DNA of 64,000 nucleotides. It comes from Gammaproteobacteria bacterium (GTDB taxonomy: Bacteria > Pseudomonadota > Gammaproteobacteria > SZUA-229). The DNA lies in NCBI GenBank assembly GCA_041589455.1, contig JBFHVQ010000001.1, positions 12,793-76,792 on the forward strand, given 5' to 3'. Both the position numbers and the translations under genes were made by a program. Position 1 is the first letter of the stretch, and the number at the start of each line of letters is the position of its first letter. This document shows positions 58,672 through 64,000 of this stretch, one piece after another. The notes beneath the pieces were generated by a model that was not told the origin of the DNA, ran no database searches, and saw nothing but the letters and a program-made list of their open reading frames with translations.

Positions 58672-61023
58672 ATGATATATCGATTATTTTTGGGATTATG
58701 TTTAGCGATTTCTATTTCAGCCTGCGGTGATGACGGTGGAGGAAGCAGTAATAGCACGACTACTAGCACAACAGGTCGGTTCATAGATGATCCTGTACAA
58801 GGTATAGATTACAGCTGTTCGTCAGGAACCAATGGTGTGACTAATATCAATGGAGAATATACTTGTAATACGGGTGATGATGTAACTTTTTCAATTGGCC
58901 CGGTTACACTTGGAACCCTATCTGCTCAGTCTTCATTTGTTACACCTTATTCTCTATTCCCAAATAACATTCAGGCCGCTGTAAATTTGGCTCGATTATT
59001 ACAATCTATTGATTCTGACAATAATCCCAGTAATAACGTTATCACATTGAGTTCAGCGCAGTTAAGCCTGCTTCCTACAAATACCAGTTTTACAGATGCT
59101 AACTTTGTAACAAATATAGAAACAGCGCTGGGTGTATCTTTAATTGATTCCATGACGGCCATGAATCACCTCAATGATGCAATCATATTAAATGGGGGAA
59201 ATGTTCCTGATGGTGGGCATTTACCAATTTCAGAAGCAGGAGAGAATGTTTCTGTCGTTGTACAAAACCCAGTAACACTGGATGGTAGTGGCAGCTCCGA
59301 TGCAGATGGAGATGAGCTGACATATTCCTGGGGTATTGTCTCAACACCCGCTGCTAGTGTGAGTGTATTATTTACCGGCTCTAATACATATTCCCCTATT
59401 CTGACGCCTGATGTTGTAGGTGATTATGTTGTACAACTTATTGTAAATGATGGTGTGGTTAATAGTGCGGCTGATACAGTCACAATTACAGCGACTGCTA
59501 GTGACAGCATAAGTGATGTTCCGCCATCTTTAGCCTGGATAAAGGAACTGGTAGTTGGAACAATGGGTGGGCAGGAAGGCGGCATCGCATTTGACGCAAA
59601 CAATAACTTATATATGGCTGCGGAGAGTCGATTCACCTTTAATGGTGATATAAATGTAGGATGGCAGGATGTTCTTGTTATTAAATATGATAGTGACGGA
59701 AATATGCTGTGGTCTGATCAAACCGGTACAGCCACAAGTGATCTGCTTGATAATATTGCTTTTGATAAAACTCATAATGTACTGTACGTCACTGGTTCGA
59801 CTACGGCATCTTTGCATGATCTGGATACCATTGGGGACAGGGATATTTTTGTGATTAAGTATGATGCAGATGGCAACCGGTTATGGACCATTATGGATGG
59901 AACGGTACGGGAAGACAGGCCCTATGATATTGCGCTAGATTCGGCAGGAAATATTTTCTTAGCCGGTGTAACCCACGGTAATTTTGATGGTAATACGCCA
60001 ATGCCTACGGGAAGAGATATTTTTGTTGCAAAATACGATAGTCTGGGTACAAAGATCTGGACGCGGCAATTACAGGGAGATAACTGGGAAAGAGCTGAAG
60101 GTATTGCGGTAGATTCAAATGATAATATCTATATTACCGGTTACACAGGCAGTAGTGAACTGGCGGGTGAAGTAACGAATGACACAATAAATTCTTTTGT
60201 TATTAAATATAATAATGAAGGGAACAGGTTGTGGACAAGGATAATAAGTAGTGATGGTACCGAATATGGGTATGGTATCACGACTGATTCACACAATAAT
60301 GTTTTTGTCACAGGTATGACGACAGGTGATCTGGATGGTAATACAAACCTAGGAGGATATGACCAGTTTACAACTAAATATAATACCAATGGTGCTCTAA
60401 TATGGACTACATTATCGGGTGGATCTTTGGGTGACTCTGCTTATGATATTGCGCTAGATACTTCTGGTCGAGTCTATATTACAGGTTATATTGAAAAGAC
60501 GGAAACGGGCGACAGATGGGATTATGTATTAACCATGTTTGATACTAATGGTGAGCAAGTTTGGACAATTCAAAATACACCTGAATATGGAAGAATAAGA
60601 GATGATAGAGGCTATTATGTGGCGCTAGATTCGACAGATAACATTTATGTTAACGGTACGACTTATGGTTCATTTTTTTCCTTAGATGAGGCAGCGAGTA
60701 ACAAGGTGTTTATCGCCAAGTATAACAAGAGTATTTTGACAGGTGGCCCATATAGTGTCGGGGGAACAGTATCTGGTGCAATTGGTACTTTCACCTTAAC
60801 AAACAACGGTGGAGATGACTTATTTATTCTTGATAATGGGGGTTTTACTTTTGATTCGCTGTTAAATGATGGCGCATCATACGAAGTTGATATTTTGGAT
60901 GGTAGCGATACCAGTCAAGGGCATCTTTGTGCTGTACAGTCAGGAGGCTCTAATGGTGATGGAAGTGGAGTGATAAATGGTGCCGATGTAACAGATATTC
61001 AAGTGAGTTGCGTCGGAATTTAG
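58672..61023 (+). CDS. Large lipoprotein with PKD domain and SBBP beta-propeller repeats
   Basis: Lipobox AISISAC. PKD signature LDGSGSSDADGDELTYSW. At least 8 repeats of the form D.A.D..GN.Y(V/I)TG.T. Confidence 0.7.
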   Translation: MIYRLFLGLCLAISISACGDDGGGSSNSTTTSTTGRFIDDPVQGIDYSCSSGTNGVTNINGEYTCNTGDDVTFSIGPVTLGTLSAQSSFVTPYSLFPNNIQAAVNLARLLQSIDSDNNPSNNVITLSSAQLSLLPTNTSFTDANFVTNIETALGVSLIDSMTAMNHLNDAIILNGGNVPDGGHLPISEAGENVSVVVQNPVTLDGSGSSDADGDELTYSWGIVSTPAASVSVLFTGSNTYSPILTPDVVGDYVVQLIVNDGVVNSAADTVTITATASDSISDVPPSLAWIKELVVGTMGGQEGGIAFDANNNLYMAAESRFTFNGDINVGWQDVLVIKYDSDGNMLWSDQTGTATSDLLDNIAFDKTHNVLYVTGSTTASLHDLDTIGDRDIFVIKYDADGNRLWTIMDGTVREDRPYDIALDSAGNIFLAGVTHGNFDGNTPMPTGRDIFVAKYDSLGTKIWTRQLQGDNWERAEGIAVDSNDNIYITGYTGSSELAGEVTNDTINSFVIKYNNEGNRLWTRIISSDGTEYGYGITTDSHNNVFVTGMTTGDLDGNTNLGGYDQFTTKYNTNGALIWTTLSGGSLGDSAYDIALDTSGRVYITGYIEKTETGDRWDYVLTMFDTNGEQVWTIQNTPEYGRIRDDRGYYVALDSTDNIYVNGTTYGSFFSLDEAASNKVFIAKYNKSILTGGPYSVGGTVSGAIGTFTLTNNGGDDLFILDNGGFTFDSLLNDGASYEVDILDGSDTSQGHLCAVQSGGSNGDGSGVINGADVTDIQVSCVGI

Positions 61024-61614
61024 AAAAAGCCAGAGCTATTATTTGAATGATGATATGAATGATGTTGGCTTTATTCATATATCTTTTAGTGAGGCACCAT
61101 GAATAGTGTATGGTGTCTCTAAATTGTTAGCGAAAGCCTTCTTAGTCAGTAATGAAGCTTCGTTATGGGGTAAAAGAATCGTTTAAAGTTAAAGTGTTGT
61201 AATGCAGTCCTTTCTGATGTGCAGGCACTATATAACTTTTTATGAGCGTCTGTTTTTCTCATAAATAAAAATGGTCGGGCCATATAATGACCGGCTGAAA
61301 TCACCGCGTAGTGTTAACTCCTCTTACCTTAAAAAAACATAAGGAATATCACTTTCCGATACAGTAGACAAGATAAATTTCAGTTCAATTATAATCAGGT
61401 TGAACCAGTTGCATTAAAATTTCATGCGCATAACATTAAGAGTATAAAATACAGCTATTCCATTTCGATTTTATTAATAGTGATTTCATGTTTAATAGTT
61501 ACCTGTTTTATCATTTTCTATTAATCTAACAGGAGTTAGATTAAGCGTGATCATTCTGCTGCTGGGTGTATTTTCTCTAGTGATTGTTACACTGGCTTTA
61601 ATATGTAAATGTAT

Positions 61615-64000
61615 TTACTTTTGCAATAATTTGGACAGTTCGTTTGCTGGCATCGGTTTGCCATAGAAAAAACCCTGAAATTCATCGCATCCATGGCGTC
61701 GTAGAAAATCTGCTTGTTCTTGTGTTTCTACGCCTTCAGCAATCACGCTTAAACCAAGCTTTTTACCCATAGCTAGAATTGTTAGTGTTATTTCAGTAGA
61801 GTTTTTATCTTTTCCAATGTCGCGGGTAAATGACTGGTCGATTTTTAACCGATCTAGAGGGAAGTGTCGTAAGCTACTCAATGATGAATAACCGGTACCA
61901 AAATCATCAATTGCCAACTCCATGCCTTGTAACTTGATTTGCTTCATAACCTGCACGGCTCTATCCATATCTTGCATTAAAGAGCTTTCGGTGATTTCTA
62001 GTTCCAGCTCGTTAGGTGCAATACCTGTTTGTTCAATCACTTCATGAATATAACCAATTAGTCCAGGATGTATGAATTGTAGCGGTGATACATTAACTGC
62101 CAGACGCAAAGGCCCAAGCCCTTGTTTCTTCCAGTCTTGTAATTGATGACAGGTGGTTTTAAGTACCCAGGAGCCTATCATGTTAATCAAGCCAACATGC
62201 TCAGCGACAGGAATAAATGCTTCTGGAGACACCCTGCCTAATTGTGGATTATTCCATCGTAATAAAGCTTCAACGCCAACAATTTGGCTATTTCCTGCAT
62301 TGATTTGTGGCTGATAGTAAATTTCGAATTCACCGCGATCTAATGCATATATCAAAGCCTGTTCCAGTTCTGACTGAATCTTTAGTTGCTGGTCAATATC
62401 TGCAGAATAAATACACAGGTGGCTGGCCGCATCCAAGCGTGATTTAAACATGGCAGTATATGCATTATGCAATAACATATTGCTATCTTGAGCGTCATCT
62501 GGCCATATACTAATGCCAATATCAGGTGCCAGTAGTAGCCTTTGATCACTATAATCTAACGGCTTTTGTAATTCGTCTAATAATGTCATTGCCATCGATT
62601 CAATTGCATTTACATCTACAAGTCGTGGTACTAGAACCGCAAAGTCATCGCCGTTAAGGTGGGCAATAAAGACATCTTCTGGTAGCAAATTTCTCAATCT
62701 TTTAGCAATATTAATTAATAATGTGTCGGCGATACGCTGCCCCATGATAATGTCTGGTGAATCAGGCCAGTTAAAGTGTAAGACCATTAGAGCTGTTAAG
62801 TCAGTTGTTGCCGAGCGGGATAGATTAATCGTTTTCAAGCGGTTTTCTAGCATTCCATGATTGGGTAAACCTGAGGCACTATTATGCATAGCCTGATGCT
62901 CAAGTCTTGATAATAACTGTTTACGAAGGCGGTTTTCCACGCCTAGTTGCCAAAGGCTCCATAGCGGCCAGGAAAGTAATATCATCAATAGGACAACGGT
63001 CGGTGGGAACCACAACTGCCAGCCAATAAACAGTATTATGCTCACTAGTAAGGCACCAAGTATTCCGCATAGCATCGCTATCAGGCCTGAACGGAGTGGC
63101 AGCAGCATAACGATGATAGTCGTGAATAAAATTAATAATGAAGCCAGCCATTTTTGATGCGTATTCGATAGGTTATATATTTCATTGCCTTGTAATAGTC
63201 CGTTAAGAATATGAGCATTTAACTCAACACCAGGCATCCGTTCGTGAGAACGTGAACCCGGCGTAGAAATAGCGTCACCTAATCCGAGAGCTGTTGCGCC
63301 TACAAGCACATATTTATCCTGTATATCCAATTTTGATACAGCGCCTGTCAATACATCGATATATGACACAATTAATGGTCGTGAATGACTTTGAGCATAA
63401 GGTAGTAGTATTTCATGATCTCGTATCCAGGCATCTTGCGTAGAAAATGTGAACTTCAAATGATTACTGGATAAATGTTTCTCAGGAACTTCTCCAGCCA
63501 CACTTAACATGGCCAGTGAGAGTGTGGGCCAGCGTGCTTCGCCAATGCCGCCATATAGAAAAGTTCGTCTACACAGACCATCGATATCCAGTTCCATATC
63601 AACGTGTCCTAAAGCACTTGCCGCTGCTGCTAACTTAGGCAGTGGTAACATTTCACCAATGGGATCAGTCGGTGTTGGTTGTACGGGTGCGATAACTAAT
63701 ACTGATCGATTGCTCGCCTGTAGTGCCTGCGCTAATTGATTGTCAGCCTGTGGATCATCTGTTTGTGCCTCAGGAAATAGTATATCAATACCGATTGCTT
63801 TGGCTCCCATATCAGATAATTGATTCACTAATTGTGCATGAACTGTTCGAGACCATGGCCAGCGGCCAAGCTGTTGTACACTGGCCTCATCAATGGCAAC
63901 TACGACAATGCGGTCATCCATTGGTTTTGCTTGTAATGGCAACATGACATCGTAAATAACCAGATCAAGTCGTTCCAGGTATTTATGCTGCATCATGAGT
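61615..64000 (-). CDS. CHASE2 sensor - degenerate GGDEF - EAL phosphodiesterase, N-terminus beyond window end
   Basis: CHASE2-like N-terminal periplasmic domain. TMs (LLILFTTIIVML...). NGDDF in place of GGDEF. EAL with VEALLRW and DDFGTGYSSL. Confidence 0.8.
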   Translation of the reverse strand, partial: LMMQHKYLERLDLVIYDVMLPLQAKPMDDRIVVVAIDEASVQQLGRWPWSRTVHAQLVNQLSDMGAKAIGIDILFPEAQTDDPQADNQLAQALQASNRSVLVIAPVQPTPTDPIGEMLPLPKLAAAASALGHVDMELDIDGLCRRTFLYGGIGEARWPTLSLAMLSVAGEVPEKHLSSNHLKFTFSTQDAWIRDHEILLPYAQSHSRPLIVSYIDVLTGAVSKLDIQDKYVLVGATALGLGDAISTPGSRSHERMPGVELNAHILNGLLQGNEIYNLSNTHQKWLASLLILFTTIIVMLLPLRSGLIAMLCGILGALLVSIILFIGWQLWFPPTVVLLMILLSWPLWSLWQLGVENRLRKQLLSRLEHQAMHNSASGLPNHGMLENRLKTINLSRSATTDLTALMVLHFNWPDSPDIIMGQRIADTLLINIAKRLRNLLPEDVFIAHLNGDDFAVLVPRLVDVNAIESMAMTLLDELQKPLDYSDQRLLLAPDIGISIWPDDAQDSNMLLHNAYTAMFKSRLDAASHLCIYSADIDQQLKIQSELEQALIYALDRGEFEIYYQPQINAGNSQIVGVEALLRWNNPQLGRVSPEAFIPVAEHVGLINMIGSWVLKTTCHQLQDWKKQGLGPLRLAVNVSPLQFIHPGLIGYIHEVIEQTGIAPNELELEITESSLMQDMDRAVQVMKQIKLQGMELAIDDFGTGYSSLSSLRHFPLDRLKIDQSFTRDIGKDKNSTEITLTILAMGKKLGLSVIAEGVETQEQADFLRRHGCDEFQGFFYGKPMPANELSKLLQK

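Overview
This 64-kb window looks like chromosomal DNA from a marine-type gammaproteobacterium. Protein content suggests gammaproteobacteria, and large parts of the window are AT-rich, but no exact GC value was computed. Coding density is high on both strands. No rRNA, tRNA, CRISPR array, transposase or integrase was recognised.

Main contents, left to right:
- A housekeeping ybeD-lipB-lipA lipoate cluster.
- A three-subunit molybdopterin oxidoreductase (catalytic, FeS and NrfD-type membrane subunits) with no Tat leader, resembling the cytoplasm-facing SoeABC sulfite dehydrogenase type, with moaA transcribed divergently.
- A mixed block of SDRs, a LysR regulator, a metallophosphoesterase, an alpha/beta-hydrolase and a glyoxalase (~10-16 kb).
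- A visibly AT-rich signalling segment (~16.2-22 kb): a secreted octaheme c-type cytochrome, a PAS-GGDEF-EAL protein, and an orphan sensor histidine kinase with a CxxCH motif in a periplasmic DUF3365/Tll0287-like domain.
- A 946-aa tri-domain protein combining an acyl-carrier domain, a fatty acyl-AMP ligase and a PlsC-type acyltransferase.
- A complete Bat-like operon (MoxR ATPase, DUF58, DUF4381, two VWA proteins, BatD).
- A Rec-AraC regulator plus a STAS-like protein, upstream of a radical-SAM yhcC gene translationally coupled to ubiU-ubiV, with ubiT adjacent (O2-independent ubiquinone biosynthesis).
- A cobalamin salvage island: cobU-cobT-cobC-cobS, with a 2H-phosphoesterase gene inserted between cobC and cobS; btuF; a cobalamin riboswitch upstream of btuB-tonB; btuCD; and a PduO-type adenosyltransferase.
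- Two TetR-controlled modules, two large surface lipoproteins (Fn3 repeats; PKD plus beta-propeller repeats), and a CHASE2-GGDEF-EAL gene that runs off the window.

The strongest candidates for something undescribed are:
- the heme-c sensor kinase / octaheme cytochrome / c-di-GMP locus;
- the ACP-FAAL-acyltransferase fusion;
- the radical-SAM yhcC coupling to ubiUV;
- the 2H phosphoesterase inside the cobalamin nucleotide-loop operon.

All calls are by eye from the ORF translations and remembered family signatures. No searches were run.
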